Made by a program: the position numbers and the translations under genes
Source of the DNA: an uncultured delta proteobacterium
Lineage (GTDB): Bacteria > Myxococcota > Myxococcia > Myxococcales > Myxococcaceae
Length of the DNA: 64,000 nucleotides
Direction of reading: 5' to 3'
NCBI GenBank assembly: GCA_963713045.1
Contig: CAVQKE010000003.1
Coordinates: forward strand, 640,001-704,000
Shown: positions 26,769 to 37,751 of the stretch, in pieces
Numbering within the stretch: position 1 is the stretch's first letter
How the letters are laid out: each line of letters begins with the position of its first letter
Notes under the pieces: model-generated
Told to the model about the DNA's origin: nothing
Seen by the model: the letters and a program-made list of their open reading frames with translations, nothing else
Databases searched by the model: none

Positions 26769-27848
26769 CTAGCGGGCCCGCCCGTGGGCGTCCATGCTTT
26801 TCAGAGCCCGAGCACAAGCGTACACCGCCCGGCGCACCAGCACCTCTGCAGAAGGGTGGCGAGGTAACCAGGCGAGCAAGCCAGGTGCCGCCCGGTAGTA
26901 GGCGCGCACCAGCCACCGCCCGGGCAGCCACTGCAAGAGGACGCCGTCTCGGAAGGCGCGGAAGTGCAGCAGCTCGGGGGCCCCGGCACCATAGACGTGG
27001 GTGGCCAGGTAGCAGGGGCCGCTGCGCGTCACCCACAAGGTGTGCCCGGTGGAGAGGTTGGTGACACCCCGCAGCTCGCGTTCGGCGGTGTAGAGGAAGG
27101 CGAGGAGGTCCCCGCGCAGCACCGAGAGGAGGTCCGTCCCGTCGTCGTCGAATTCCACCCTGGAGAGGCCCCCGCCGAGGGCCTCGACGCGAAACCCGTA
27201 CCGGCGTCCGCCGGGCGTCCGCTCGGCGCTCAACTCGCGCGCCTCGGCGAGGTAGGCGACGTAGGGCTGTCCGCAGCGGGGGCAGGTGCGCCGGTGGACG
27301 GCATAGGTGGGGGACAGCTGGACTTCCTCCACCCGGCGGCACGCCCATTGGGGGCAAGCCAAACGGACCCGGAGGGATGGCGCAGGCCGCGGGTCAAACC
27401 GCGAGGCCCCGGTGCCGGCGTCCCACACCGGCAACTCGACGTCCTCCTCCCGGACGAAGGCTCGGCGCGCAGCGCGCGCCTTGCGCTCAAGGGCTGAGGC
27501 ACGGGCCCAGGCCGCCTCGGCCCGTTCAAGTTGCCCCTCGGTGACCAGGCAGAGGGACTCGAGGTGGGCCTCCAAGGCTTGCGTCAGCGTGGTGTCCGCC
27601 GCCGAAGCCACCCCGGCTTGAAGCAGCGCCCACCCGCGGGCCAACAGCCCCTCCCCATCCGGCAGAAGCGCGGCGGCGCGGGCCCGCGACGGGTCCTGAG
27701 CCCGGCGGTACAGCGGCGGCTCCGGCACCCGGGCCACCCACTCGGCGCAGTCCGCCCGGTAGCGCTCGAGCGCGGCGTCACCAGGGGGCGGGGGGCCCAG
27801 GGCCCGGGAACGGGCCAATACCGAGGTGAAGAGCTCCTGCGGCTGCAC
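26769..27848 (-). CDS. zinc-ribbon protein with C-terminal CFI-box-CTERM-like domain
   Basis: CPQWAC and CPRC; GPCYLATHVYG...RAFRDGVL...GRWLVRAYY. Confidence 0.7.
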   Translation of the reverse strand: MQPQELFTSVLARSRALGPPPPGDAALERYRADCAEWVARVPEPPLYRRAQDPSRARAAALLPDGEGLLARGWALLQAGVASAADTTLTQALEAHLESLCLVTEGQLERAEAAWARASALERKARAARRAFVREEDVELPVWDAGTGASRFDPRPAPSLRVRLACPQWACRRVEEVQLSPTYAVHRRTCPRCGQPYVAYLAEARELSAERTPGGRRYGFRVEALGGGLSRVEFDDDGTDLLSVLRGDLLAFLYTAERELRGVTNLSTGHTLWVTRSGPCYLATHVYGAGAPELLHFRAFRDGVLLQWLPGRWLVRAYYRAAPGLLAWLPRHPSAEVLVRRAVYACARALKSMDAHGRAR

Positions 27849-27956
27849 TCAGCCCCTTCCATAGCGGCTTGGGCGGCGCCCTGTCACCCCGCAACCCCTT
27901 GGGGAAACTTGTGTAAGCCTAAGGAGTCGATGTAGGTTCAGGTCGGAGGAGAGGGC

Positions 27957-28223
27957 ATGGGACCGCTGAGAAGGCTGGGCTGGGCCGTTGCCTGGGTGGC
28001 GCTCGGGGCAGTGCTGGCCACCGCCCAAGTGGCGGGGAAAACGCCGCTGCAGCACCTTGGCACGGCAGTCACCGGCCCGGTGTGGCATGGGCTGAAAGCC
28101 AACTTGGAGGCGGCGTATGAAAAGGCCAAGCTGCTGGTGGCCAGTCAACCCGTTGAGCATCACTCGCCTGAGGACCGCGAGGCGCTCAACAAACTCATCG
28201 CCAAGCGCGCGCCAGCGCCGTGA
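27957..28223 (+). CDS. small hypothetical membrane-anchored protein
   Basis: RBS, N-terminal hydrophobic segment. Confidence 0.65.
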   Translation: MGPLRRLGWAVAWVALGAVLATAQVAGKTPLQHLGTAVTGPVWHGLKANLEAAYEKAKLLVASQPVEHHSPEDREALNKLIAKRAPAP

Positions 28224-28255
28224 ATTGACGCCCTTCTAGCAAGCCCCAGCGGGGG

Positions 28256-28987
28256 CTATTGCTGTGGCTCTCCGGTGACGGCGCGCGCCAATTGCTTAAA
28301 CGCCGCGGCCCACAACTCTGCCTCGCGCTGGGCGAGGCCGCCGCGTTCCAATGTGCGCAACATCTCCTCCAGCACCGCCTCCGGATTCTGGGTATTGAGG
28401 GCATCGGCCGCCAGCAGCGCGCGGCGCATGCGCCCGCGCAGCACCTCCAGAAGGGCCCGAGGAGCACCGGGCTCCGCCGCCGGCGGGGCAACGCCGGCGC
28501 CATCCGCGCGGGCCACCAGGTAAAGCAGCACCGCCGCCGAGGCGGCGAGATTCATCGACGGCTGCACCGCCCCCGTCGGAATGACGGCCACGTCCTGGCA
28601 GAGGGCCAGTTCTGCGTCGGAGAGGCCCCGCTTTTCGCCGCCCAGCACCAGCGCCACTGGCCCGCGGGCGGCCGCCTCGACCAGTCGGGCAACGGCTGTC
28701 TCCGGGTCCAGACCGACACGCCTCTCGAGTTTTTGACGGGAGGACGTCCCGAGGACGTACACGCAGCTGGCCACAGCGTCGCGAAGTCCGGACGCGACGC
28801 GCACCCCGCCCAGGATGTGCCCGGCGCGCACGCCCAGTTTTCCAGCCTGCGCGAGGTCTTCCGTCTCGGGTGCCGAAAGCCACAGGCTGGTGACGTCAAA
28901 GTTGGCCATGGCCCGGGCCACGGCGCCTAGGTTGTCCGGTGACTGGACTTGGTGCAGCACCACCCGAAGTGCGTCGCGGCGCGACAT
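28256..28987 (-). CDS. SPOUT RNA methyltransferase, TrmJ/TrmH family
   Basis: PDNLGAVARAMANF, LGGEKRGL and SMNLAAS motifs. Confidence 0.88.
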   Translation of the reverse strand: MSRRDALRVVLHQVQSPDNLGAVARAMANFDVTSLWLSAPETEDLAQAGKLGVRAGHILGGVRVASGLRDAVASCVYVLGTSSRQKLERRVGLDPETAVARLVEAAARGPVALVLGGEKRGLSDAELALCQDVAVIPTGAVQPSMNLAASAAVLLYLVARADGAGVAPPAAEPGAPRALLEVLRGRMRRALLAADALNTQNPEAVLEEMLRTLERGGLAQREAELWAAAFKQLARAVTGEPQQ

Positions 28988-29075
28988 GGTGTGTCCAGCA
29001 GGGAGCAACCCGGCAAACGGGGACTTTACTTTCCCCCCGCTGGGACGGGTTGGTACATTGAAGCGTTCCGTCGAA

Positions 29076-29627
29076 ATGCGCCCCCGTCTCCTCAGCCTTG
29101 CCCTGCTTGGCCTCACCGCCGCTGCCTGCGGTGACGTGCCCTCGCCGGTCCGCAGCCAGACGGCCCGCGCGGCGCTCCTCCAGAGCCCGGAGCAAGTCGA
29201 GCTGTTGCCGCTGTCGGCCCGGCAGGACTTGATTCGCGCGGTGGTACGCGAAAGTGCGCAGGAGCAACCCGGCGGCGATGGGGTACTGGCGCTGTTTCCC
29301 TTCGTCCAGAATGGGGAGCTGCGGGCCGCGCCGGCGCTGGATGGCCGTGCGGACTTATTCGAGGTTCCCGACGCCGGGGAGCCGGCCGCTTTCGTCCTGG
29401 AAGAGGAGCGCTGGTCCACTGAACGACGCGACAGCCTCCAGGGCCTGTCCGAGCAGGAGGCCGCCGAGTTGGTGGCGCGCTCGCTGGCCGCGCGCTGGAA
29501 CCTCCACCCCCGCGGCTCGCTCCGGGTGGACCGTGCGGACGGGGTGCCGTACGCCGCGGCCTACACCGACGGGGTGCTCCGGCTGAACCCGGTGCTGCTG
29601 TACCTGGTCGCCTCCAACATCCGCTAG
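29076..29627 (+). CDS. hypothetical lipoprotein
   Basis: LLGLTAAA|C lipobox. Confidence 0.7.
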   Translation: MRPRLLSLALLGLTAAACGDVPSPVRSQTARAALLQSPEQVELLPLSARQDLIRAVVRESAQEQPGGDGVLALFPFVQNGELRAAPALDGRADLFEVPDAGEPAAFVLEEERWSTERRDSLQGLSEQEAAELVARSLAARWNLHPRGSLRVDRADGVPYAAAYTDGVLRLNPVLLYLVASNIR

Positions 29628-29683
29628 CCCCGGCCGCCGGGGCGCGACTGACCGAGGCGCAGCGGCGTGGTAGGAGGCCCTCC

Positions 29684-30640
29684 ATGTCCGACCCGGCCCT
29701 CCGCGCCCAGCTCGACTTCACCCTGTCCGAGACGCGCTTCGACGCGCTCGGGACGCGCTACCGCGGCAAGGTGCGGGACGTCTACCGCAAGGATGACCGC
29801 CTCTTCCTCATCGCCACGGACCGTCTCTCCGCCTTTGACAAGGTGCTGACCACCATCCCCTTCAAGGGGGAGGTGCTCAACCGGCTGGCCTGCTTCTGGT
29901 TTGAGAAGACGGCCCACGTGGTGAAAAACCACGTCCTGGACGTTCCCGACGGGAACGTCACCGTGGCGCGGGCCACCCACCCCTTTGCGATTGAAGTCGT
30001 CGTCCGGGGCTACCTCACCGGCAGCCTGTGGAGAGAGGTGGAGAGGGGTGAGCGCCGCCTCTATGGCGTGCCCATTGCCGAGGGCATGGGCAAGGACTTG
30101 GCCTTCCCAGCTCCGATTCTCACGCCAACCACCAAGGCCGCGCCCGGCGAGCACGACGCGCCCTTGACTGAGGCCGACATCCTCGCGCGGGGCCTGGCCA
30201 CCGCCAAGGAGTGGGGCGCCATTCAAGAGATGTCCCTGGCCCTCTTTCGGGAGGGACAGGCGTGGGCGCGCAGCCGCGGGCTGCTCCTGGTGGACACCAA
30301 GTATGAATTTGGAAAGGTGGGCTCCACCCTCTACCTGATTGATGAAATCCACACCCCCGACAGCTCCCGCTACTGGAGGGCGTCGGAGTACGAGAGGCGG
30401 CTCAAGGCCGGGGAGGACCAGGCCATGCTCGACAAGGAAACCGTCCGCCAGTGGCTCATCCGCGAGAAGGGCTTTTCCGGACATGGGCCGTTGCCCCTCA
30501 TCCCGGAGGAGGTCCGCCTTCGGACGGCAGAGACCTACCTCACCGCCTACCAGGAGATTACGGGCACTCCGCTTCGCCTGGTGGTGGGCGCTGTCGACGA
30601 GCGAATCCAAAAAAACCTCACCACCCATGGGTACTTGTAG
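29684..30640 (+). CDS. purC: SAICAR synthetase
   Basis: YRGKVRDVY, TDRLSAFD, DTKYEFG and DEIHTPDSSR motifs. Confidence 0.95.
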   Translation: MSDPALRAQLDFTLSETRFDALGTRYRGKVRDVYRKDDRLFLIATDRLSAFDKVLTTIPFKGEVLNRLACFWFEKTAHVVKNHVLDVPDGNVTVARATHPFAIEVVVRGYLTGSLWREVERGERRLYGVPIAEGMGKDLAFPAPILTPTTKAAPGEHDAPLTEADILARGLATAKEWGAIQEMSLALFREGQAWARSRGLLLVDTKYEFGKVGSTLYLIDEIHTPDSSRYWRASEYERRLKAGEDQAMLDKETVRQWLIREKGFSGHGPLPLIPEEVRLRTAETYLTAYQEITGTPLRLVVGAVDERIQKNLTTHGYL

Positions 30641-30748
30641 CCGGGTGGTGGGTCGGCGCGGCCGGCCCCAGTCCGCGCCGACCCCAGGGCGCGGCTCTGG
30701 CGGAGGGTGCTGAGGGGCCGCGTCGAGTAATTCCAAAAACTTGCGAGT

Positions 30749-30764
30749 TGGCGCGGCGCCTGCA
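30749..30764 (+). promoter_or_regulatory. candidate sigma-54 promoter
   Basis: TGGCGCGGCGCCTGCA with GG-N10-GC spacing. Confidence 0.5.
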
Positions 30765-30777
30765 TCGTAGCGTTTAC

Positions 30778-30927
30778 GTGCGCGGCGTCATCACCAACCG
30801 AGAAGTGCTGCAGAACCTCGGACTCATCTACCGCGAGTTCGGCGTCGGCTGCTTGGCCCGGTGCCTGTGGGTGGTGATGACACGTAAGTCGACCACCTTC
30901 CTCGAGGTGGTGTTGCCGCACCGCTAA
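30778..30927 (+). CDS. putative 49-aa small protein
   Basis: GTG start; protein-like VITNREVLQNLGLIYREFGVGCLARCLW; high GC3. Confidence 0.5.
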   Translation: MRGVITNREVLQNLGLIYREFGVGCLARCLWVVMTRKSTTFLEVVLPHR

Positions 30928-30953
30928 ATCCCCCACCCCGCTTGGCCCCGCTG

Positions 30954-32264
30954 TCAGCTGTGGCCGAAGACGCGCGTGAAAATCTCATCCACGTGCCGGA
31001 GGTAATAGTCCGGCGAGAAGCACGCCTCGACGTCCTCCGGGGAGAGCACGCGCGTCAGCTCGGGGTCGGCGAGGAGAGCCGTCTTGAAGTCGACCGCTTC
31101 CTCGTAGGTGCGCATCGCGGCGCGCTGGACGATGGCGTAGGCCTTCTGCCGGTCGAAGCCGCGCCGCGCCAATTCGAGAAGGAGGCGCTGGCTATTCACC
31201 ACCCCGCCGAGCATCTCTAAGTTAGCCCGCATGCGCTCGGGGTAGACGCGCAGGGCGTCCACCAGCCCGGTGAAGCGGAAAAGCATGAAGTCGAGCAAGG
31301 TGGTGGCGTCTGGACCCACCATCCGTTCCACCGAAGAGTGGGAAATGTCCCGCTCGTGCCACAATGCGACGTCCTCCAGAGCCGCCAGCGAGTAGCCCCG
31401 CAGCATGCGCGCCAGTCCGCTCAAGTTTTCCGAGAGGATGGGATTGCGCTTGTGGGGCATGGATGAACTGCCCTTCTGCCCGACGGTAAAGGGCTCCTCC
31501 ACCTCCCGCACCTCGGTCCGCTGCAGGTGGCGGATTTCGGTGGCGAACTTCTCCAGCGAGCTGCTCAAGAGGGCCAGCACCTGGAAGTACTCGGCGTGCC
31601 GGTCGCGCGAAATAATCTGGCTTGACGCCGCCGCCGGCTGGAGGCCGAGGACGAGACAGGCGTGCTCCTCCACCAAGGGGGGCAGGTGGGCAAAGGTCCC
31701 CACGGCACCGGAGATTTTGCCCACGGCGATGGTCTTCCGGGCGTGCAACAGCCGCTCCCGGCCCCGGCGCAGCTCGTCGTACCAGAGGGCCAGCTTCTGG
31801 CCGAAGGACATGGGCTCGGCGTGGATGCCGTGGCTGCGGCCCATCATCACCGTGCGCTTGTGCTCAAAGGCCCGGCGCTCCACCGCGGCCATCGCTCCGT
31901 CCACGTCTTGCAGGAGGAGGTCCGCCGCGTCGCGAAGCACCAAGCCGAGGGCCGTGTCCAAGACGTCCGAGGACGTCATTCCAAAATGAAGCCACCGGGC
32001 CGAGGGGCCAATGCGCTCCTCCAGGAAGGTGAGGAAGGCGATGACGTCATGGCGGGTGACGCGCTCAATTTCGTCAATGCGGCGCACGTCCGCGTCGTCG
32101 AAGTCCCCCGCCCGGGCGCGGCACTCGGCCAGGGCCTCGGCCGGAGCAATGCCCGCCCGCACCATGCCCTCCAGCGCGGCGAGTTCCACGTCCCGCCAGC
32201 GCCGCAGGCGCGCCTGGGCGCTCCACAGGGAGGCCATCTCCGGGCGGCTGTAGCGGGGCAGCAT
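30954..32264 (-). CDS. purB: adenylosuccinate lyase
   Basis: MLPRYSRPEM, GRSHGIHAEP and GSSSMPHKRNP motifs. Confidence 0.96.
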   Translation of the reverse strand: MLPRYSRPEMASLWSAQARLRRWRDVELAALEGMVRAGIAPAEALAECRARAGDFDDADVRRIDEIERVTRHDVIAFLTFLEERIGPSARWLHFGMTSSDVLDTALGLVLRDAADLLLQDVDGAMAAVERRAFEHKRTVMMGRSHGIHAEPMSFGQKLALWYDELRRGRERLLHARKTIAVGKISGAVGTFAHLPPLVEEHACLVLGLQPAAASSQIISRDRHAEYFQVLALLSSSLEKFATEIRHLQRTEVREVEEPFTVGQKGSSSMPHKRNPILSENLSGLARMLRGYSLAALEDVALWHERDISHSSVERMVGPDATTLLDFMLFRFTGLVDALRVYPERMRANLEMLGGVVNSQRLLLELARRGFDRQKAYAIVQRAAMRTYEEAVDFKTALLADPELTRVLSPEDVEACFSPDYYLRHVDEIFTRVFGHS

Positions 32265-32308
32265 GCTGCTTACTCTCCTAACGCGAGAGGCGCCCGGCCG
32301 ACCAGCGG

Positions 32309-34714
32309 CTAGTGGAGTTGGTGGAGGAGCACGGCGAACAAAACGCCGAGGAGGACAGCCGCCGCACCGGCGGCGGCAAACTGAAGCCATTTCTTTTGCC
32401 ACAGCTGTTTCAGGTGGCGTTTGGCCGGCGCCGGCGGCGGCGGCGCGGGCAGCTTGCGCGGCCTTCCGGAGACGGCTGGCGTTGGGGACGTCGGCTCCTC
32501 GGAGGCAGACATCAGGGCAAGGCGCTCGCGCGAGGCACGGTGCTCGGTCGTCACGGCTGGCGCGGCGCTGGCCGGCGGCGCGGCCTCGGACTCGGAGGCG
32601 GCCAGGCGCCGAGCATCCTCGGCCCGCATTTCAGACACCACCTCGGCCAGGGCTGCCCCCGGACTCCACGTTCCGCCTTGGTGCCCGCGCTCGGTCGGCA
32701 CCGGGCCTTCTGTCAACGGCCCTTCCTTCGCCTCCGCGGGCCGCGGCCGCGCCGGGGCGGTCACCGCTGCCGGCGGCTCCCCGTGCGGGGGGGAAGCATG
32801 GGCGGATGTTGCCACCACGCGAACGGCGGGCGGAGACGCGTCTCCGGGAAGGTACGCCTCGGCCACCGGCGGCGGCCATGCGGCGTGCTCGCCCTTGTGC
32901 GGAGAGAGGGCCTGGTGGCCCGCGACGGCAGACGGGGCGAGCGCGGGCGCTGGCGGGGGCAGTGGCCGCACCAAGGAAGGGGCCACTGTGTCGGCGGAGG
33001 CCTGGTGGGCGACCGGCGGCGTCGCCAGGGGTTCCACCCGGGCTGAGGACTCGGAGAGGGCCACCGCCACCGCAGCGTGGGCGCCGGTGCGTCGCGCCCC
33101 CGGGCCCCACAGTCCGATGGCGGGGACAGAAGGACGCGGCGCGGGCGCCAGCGACGGGCCGCCGATGCGTGGCAGTGCCGGCAGCGGGCGGACGCTGGGT
33201 GCTTCCGGCTCCGGCGCCACCTCCTCGGCACTGGGCGCTGCCGGCGCCAGGGCTGCAGCCACTTCCGGCGGCGCCTCGGCCAGGGACAGCACCGTCGGTT
33301 CCGCCTGGGCTTCGCTTGCGCTTGAAGGCGCCTCCTCTGCTTCCGCCTCTTCCTCTTCCTCACTCCACAACGTCTCGCCGGCGGGCCGCTGGGTGGCCGC
33401 AGGGGACGACGTTGCGTTGGCTTCGTCCCAGAAGGGCGTTTCGGGCGACGCGGCGCCCTGGCCGGGGGCAGCGTCGGCAACGGGCTGCGGGCTGGGCTGC
33501 ACCGGCGCCTCCCCCTGCGGGGCCTCGGGTGCCTCTGCGGCGACGGGTTCGGGTGGCGCCGCGGCCGGGGGCGGTGCCGTCTGCGCCGCGGCGACGGATG
33601 CCAGCAGGTCCGGCCCGGCCTCGGCCGGCGCGGCAGCCAATTCCGTGGCCGCGGCCATCTCGGCTGGCGGGGGTGGCATGGCCGGCGGCTCCGGCATCAC
33701 CACCGCCGTCTGCGTCTCGACGAAGTCCACTTCAAAGCCGTCGTCGGCAGTCGCCCCGGTGGAAGACACGGCCGGGAGGGGCTTGCCCTCCACCACGCCA
33801 CTGAAGGCTTCAAACATTTCCCGCACGCTGCGGAAGCGGGCTTCCGGGCGCTCGGAGAGCGCACGCCGGTAGAAGCCTTCCATGGCGTCCGGAAGCTCGG
33901 GGTTGACGAGGCGCAGCTCGGGGATTTCGTCCTCCGGCGTCAGTCCGGTGAGCATCTCCCCCACCAGCACGCCGAGGCTGTAGACGTCCGCGCGCGGTTG
34001 GAGGGAAAGCCCGGCGAGGTATTCTGGCGAGAGGTGGCGGTGCGCAGACTTCTGGCGCAGGGCCTGGACGAAGGGCGGCCGGGGGAGGCCCGCGGCGACG
34101 CCCCAGTCCGTCACCTTCAGCATGTCCGGCAGCACCAAAATGTTTTCCGCCTTGAGGCCGCCGTGCGCCCCGGCCGGGTGAGCCGCTTCAAGCGCCGCCA
34201 TCAGCTGGCCGAGGATGGGCTCGACTTCGTCCGGCGCGAACGTCTGTCCCTTGGCCAGCCGCAAGTCGATGATGCGGCGAAGCGGCAACCCGTCGAGGAA
34301 GGTGTAGGTGAAGTAGGGCCAGCCCTGGTCAATGCCCACGTCGTGCAGCCGGGTCAGCGATGGATGCAGAAAGCGTCGGGCCGGCTCGAGGGCTTTGAGG
34401 AAGGCCTCCCGCTCCTCGCCCGTCTGGGCGAAGCGCGGGTGAATCAGCTTCACCGAGACGTCGATACCGAGTTCACGGTCTTCGGTGCGCAGCACGAAGC
34501 CCAACGGCCCGACGCCCACCGCGTCCTTGACGAGGTAGCGGTTGGCCATCAACTCGCCCTCGCGGTAGGGCGCACCGGCAAGCAGCGCTGGATTCAGCTT
34601 CTTGCGGAGTCCGGTGCCGCTGGGCATCCGCGCCGTCCCCACCTGACGCTGGCCACAGGTGCCACAACGTTCAGCCGTGTCGGGGACATGGCTTCCGCAG
34701 CGGTAGCAAAGCAC
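32309..34714 (-). CDS. Hanks-type Ser/Thr kinase-like protein (probable pseudokinase) with zinc ribbon, Pro/Ala linker and C-terminal TM
   Basis: CYRC/CGTC; HGGLKAEN; KVTDWG; SPE; ADVYSLG. Confidence 0.8.
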   Translation of the reverse strand: MLCYRCGSHVPDTAERCGTCGQRQVGTARMPSGTGLRKKLNPALLAGAPYREGELMANRYLVKDAVGVGPLGFVLRTEDRELGIDVSVKLIHPRFAQTGEEREAFLKALEPARRFLHPSLTRLHDVGIDQGWPYFTYTFLDGLPLRRIIDLRLAKGQTFAPDEVEPILGQLMAALEAAHPAGAHGGLKAENILVLPDMLKVTDWGVAAGLPRPPFVQALRQKSAHRHLSPEYLAGLSLQPRADVYSLGVLVGEMLTGLTPEDEIPELRLVNPELPDAMEGFYRRALSERPEARFRSVREMFEAFSGVVEGKPLPAVSSTGATADDGFEVDFVETQTAVVMPEPPAMPPPPAEMAAATELAAAPAEAGPDLLASVAAAQTAPPPAAAPPEPVAAEAPEAPQGEAPVQPSPQPVADAAPGQGAASPETPFWDEANATSSPAATQRPAGETLWSEEEEEAEAEEAPSSASEAQAEPTVLSLAEAPPEVAAALAPAAPSAEEVAPEPEAPSVRPLPALPRIGGPSLAPAPRPSVPAIGLWGPGARRTGAHAAVAVALSESSARVEPLATPPVAHQASADTVAPSLVRPLPPPAPALAPSAVAGHQALSPHKGEHAAWPPPVAEAYLPGDASPPAVRVVATSAHASPPHGEPPAAVTAPARPRPAEAKEGPLTEGPVPTERGHQGGTWSPGAALAEVVSEMRAEDARRLAASESEAAPPASAAPAVTTEHRASRERLALMSASEEPTSPTPAVSGRPRKLPAPPPPAPAKRHLKQLWQKKWLQFAAAGAAAVLLGVLFAVLLHQLH

Positions 34715-34764
34715 GTGCGAAGTCTATTCGACTCACTCCGCGGCGCCACTCCTCCGCCGGCGCA

Positions 34765-35217
34765 TCACATGCCGGTGGAACCAAATCCGCCTGCGCCGCG
34801 CGTGGTCGCCGGGAGTACCTCCACCTCCACCAACGCAGCGCGGACTACCGGCGAGACAACCAGTTGGGCAATGCGCTCTCCACGCCGAAGGCTAAACGGC
34901 GTAGAGGAGAGGTTGGCCAGAATGACTTGCACCTCGCCCCGGTAATCCGAATCGATGGTGCCCGGTGAATTGAGACAGGTGACGCCGTGGCGCAGCGCCA
35001 GCCCCGAGCGCGGCCGCACCTGGGCCTCGAAGCCCTCCGGGAGCGCGATGGCCAGTCCGGTGGGCACCGCTCGCCGCTCGAGCGGCGCCAGCGTCCATTC
35101 GCCGTCGATGTCGGCCAACAAGTCCAGGCCTGCCGCGCCGTCCGTTTGGTAGCGCGGCAGAGGCAGCGGCTCGGCATGGGAGCGCACCCGCTGCACTGGG
35201 ACGGCGACGGATTCCAT
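34765..35217 (-). CDS. dut: dUTPase
   Basis: [20 protein letters not shown] and [10 protein letters not shown] motifs. Confidence 0.96.
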   Translation of the reverse strand: MESVAVPVQRVRSHAEPLPLPRYQTDGAAGLDLLADIDGEWTLAPLERRAVPTGLAIALPEGFEAQVRPRSGLALRHGVTCLNSPGTIDSDYRGEVQVILANLSSTPFSLRRGERIAQLVVSPVVRAALVEVEVLPATTRGAGGFGSTGM

Positions 35218-35232
35218 TCCCGTTTCGGGCCG

Positions 35233-37386
35233 CTAGGCCTTGGCCTGGGGCTCTCCCGGGGTGGCGGTCGCGGCCGGCGGCTGGGCCCCCTCGGCGCGCT
35301 CGGCCATGGCTTCCTTGCGGGAGAGGCGGATTTTCCCGGTGCGGTCGATGCTGATGACTTTCACCATCACCTCATCGCCTTCTTTGAGGACATCCGAGAC
35401 GCTCTTCACCCGTTTGTCGGAAAGTTCGGAAATGTGGACCAGGCCGTCGGTGCCGGGAAACAGTTCGACGAAGGCGCCAAACTCGGCAATTTTCCGCACC
35501 GTTCCGAGGTACACCTTGCCCACCTCGGCCTCGCGCGTCAGCGCCTGCACCATGGCGATGGCTTGCTGGACGGCCTCGGAGTTGTTGCTGGCGATGTCCA
35601 CCCGGCCGCTGTCCTCGATGTTGATGGAGCAGCCGGTGCGGGCGATGATGTCCTTGATGACTTTGCCGCCCGGACCGATGACATTCTTGATGAATTCGGG
35701 CCGGATCATCAGGGTGGTAATGCGGGGCGCGTAGCGGTTGATTTCCGGCCGCGCCTTGTCGAGCGTCTTCATCATCTCGCCGAGAATGTGCAAGCGCCCG
35801 CGTCGGGCCTGCTCCAACGCCTGGCTCATGATGGCGGTGGTGAGGCCAGTAATTTTGATGTCCATCTGGATGCTGCTGATGCCCTTCTCGGTGCCGCACA
35901 CCTTGAAGTCCATGTCGCCCAGGTGGTCCTCATCCCCGAGGATGTCCGAGAGGATGGCCACCCGTTCGCCCTCCTTCACCAGGCCCATGGCGATGCCCGC
36001 CACCGGGGCCTGGATGGGAACGCCCGCGTCCATCAGCGCCAGGGTGCCGCCGCAGACGGAGGCCATGGAGCTCGAACCGTTGGACTCGAGGATGTCGGAC
36101 ACCACCCGGATGGTGTAGGGGAATACTTCGCTCTTGGGCAGCATCCCGCGCAGCGCCCTTTCTGCGAGCGCGCCATGTCCAATCTCGCGCCGCCCGGGGC
36201 CGCGGAGCGGCTTCGTTTCGCCGACGCTGAAGGGCGGGAAGTTGTAGTGCAGCATGAACTTGCGGAACGTCTGTCCGGACAACAGCTCCACCCGTTGCTC
36301 GTCCTCGCTGGTGCCGAGCGTGGTGGCCACCAGGGCCTGGGTCTCCCCGCGGGTGAAGAGCGCGCTGCCGTGCACGCGTGGAAGCAGGCCCACCTCGCAG
36401 GTGATGGCACGGACCTGGTCATGGCCCCGGCCCCCGACGCGGCCGCCGCTGACCGTCAGCTCTCGCATGTATTCGTACTTGAGGTCCTCGACCACCGCCT
36501 TGGCCAGCTTCTCGGTGGCGGGCGTGAAGGTCTCGCCCAGCCGTTCCCTCAGCTTGGTGATGGTCTGCTTCTTCACCGCACTTAACGCGTCGTAGCGGGC
36601 GTGCTTTTCGGAGATGGCGTATCCGGCGCGGATGCCCTCCATCGCTAGGTCGCGGACCGCCAGTTTGAGGGATTGGTCGGCGACGGCCGCCTTCTCATAG
36701 GCGCGGACCGTGACCCCCAGCTCGCGTCGCATCTCCTCCTGCAGCGCCAGCACCGGCTGGACCGCCCGGTGGCCGAATTCCAAGGCGGCCACCATGTCGG
36801 CCTCGGACACCTGCTCTGCCCCGCCCTCCACCATGACGATGGCGTCCTTGCTGGCGGCGATGATGATGTCCATGTCCGAGACCGCCCGCTGGGCGGCAGT
36901 GGGATTGGCCACCAGCCTCCCGTCCACCCGGCCCACCCGGACGCCGGCGATGGGGCCGTCGAAGGGGATGTCGGACAGCATCAGGGCCGCCGAGGCGCCG
37001 GTGATGCCGTGGATGTCGCCCTCATTCTCCGGGTCCGAGGAGATGACCGAGGCGATGACTTGCGTCTCGTAGCCGTAGCCCTCGGGAAACAAGGGCCGAC
37101 AGCTTCGGTCCACCTGGCGCGAGCTGAGCGTCTCCTTTTCGGTGAGTCGGCCTTCGCGCCGGAAGAAGCTGCCCGGGATGCGGCCGGCGGCGTACAGGCG
37201 CTCCTGGTACTCCACCGTCAGCGGTAAGAAGTCGACGTCCTTCTTCTCCTTCGCCGACACCGCGGTGACGAGGATGATGGTGTCCCCATAGCGCAACACC
37301 ACCGAGCCGTCGGCCTGCTTGGCCATTTTTCCGGTTTCGAGGGTGAGGGTGTTCTCTCCGAATTTCACTTCCTTCTTGAGGTACAT
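35233..37386 (-). CDS. pnp: polynucleotide phosphorylase
   Basis: Two RNase PH domains, [19 protein letters not shown] and S1 domains. Confidence 0.97.
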   Translation of the reverse strand: MYLKKEVKFGENTLTLETGKMAKQADGSVVLRYGDTIILVTAVSAKEKKDVDFLPLTVEYQERLYAAGRIPGSFFRREGRLTEKETLSSRQVDRSCRPLFPEGYGYETQVIASVISSDPENEGDIHGITGASAALMLSDIPFDGPIAGVRVGRVDGRLVANPTAAQRAVSDMDIIIAASKDAIVMVEGGAEQVSEADMVAALEFGHRAVQPVLALQEEMRRELGVTVRAYEKAAVADQSLKLAVRDLAMEGIRAGYAISEKHARYDALSAVKKQTITKLRERLGETFTPATEKLAKAVVEDLKYEYMRELTVSGGRVGGRGHDQVRAITCEVGLLPRVHGSALFTRGETQALVATTLGTSEDEQRVELLSGQTFRKFMLHYNFPPFSVGETKPLRGPGRREIGHGALAERALRGMLPKSEVFPYTIRVVSDILESNGSSSMASVCGGTLALMDAGVPIQAPVAGIAMGLVKEGERVAILSDILGDEDHLGDMDFKVCGTEKGISSIQMDIKITGLTTAIMSQALEQARRGRLHILGEMMKTLDKARPEINRYAPRITTLMIRPEFIKNVIGPGGKVIKDIIARTGCSINIEDSGRVDIASNNSEAVQQAIAMVQALTREAEVGKVYLGTVRKIAEFGAFVELFPGTDGLVHISELSDKRVKSVSDVLKEGDEVMVKVISIDRTGKIRLSRKEAMAERAEGAQPPAATATPGEPQAKA

Positions 37387-37751
37387 GCGTTCCTTCTGGC
37401 TCTGGCCGGAGTCGCTCTGAGGCCCCTCTTTTCCCGGGAACGCAGCATTCCCTGGAAGAGGGGCGAGCTCCCCTGGCCCGTGGTCTCTCGTTTGTGTTGT
37501 CCCAAAACTGCCCTGGAAGGGACCGGGAGAGAGCTGCCACCGAAAGGAACTTTCAGTCTCTGAGCGCAGGCGCCGACGACGGCCAACTCCATCTTCGGCG
37601 CCTCCGTACGGAGGCCAAAACTCCTTTGCGGTCTCTCCCGTCCTTTCGACTCTGTTTAGGCTTCCTTTGGGGGCACCGCCGGCATTCCGGGCTGCGCCGG
37701 AACAGCGTCGAAGCTTCCCACAGGGAGCTTGTTTTCCCGGGGGGCTCCGCC

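Noticed and set aside
37387..37751. Novel ncRNA between rpsO and pnp
   Set aside because: The hairpins are present but fit the expected rpsO terminator and pnp leader; nothing supports an independent gene.
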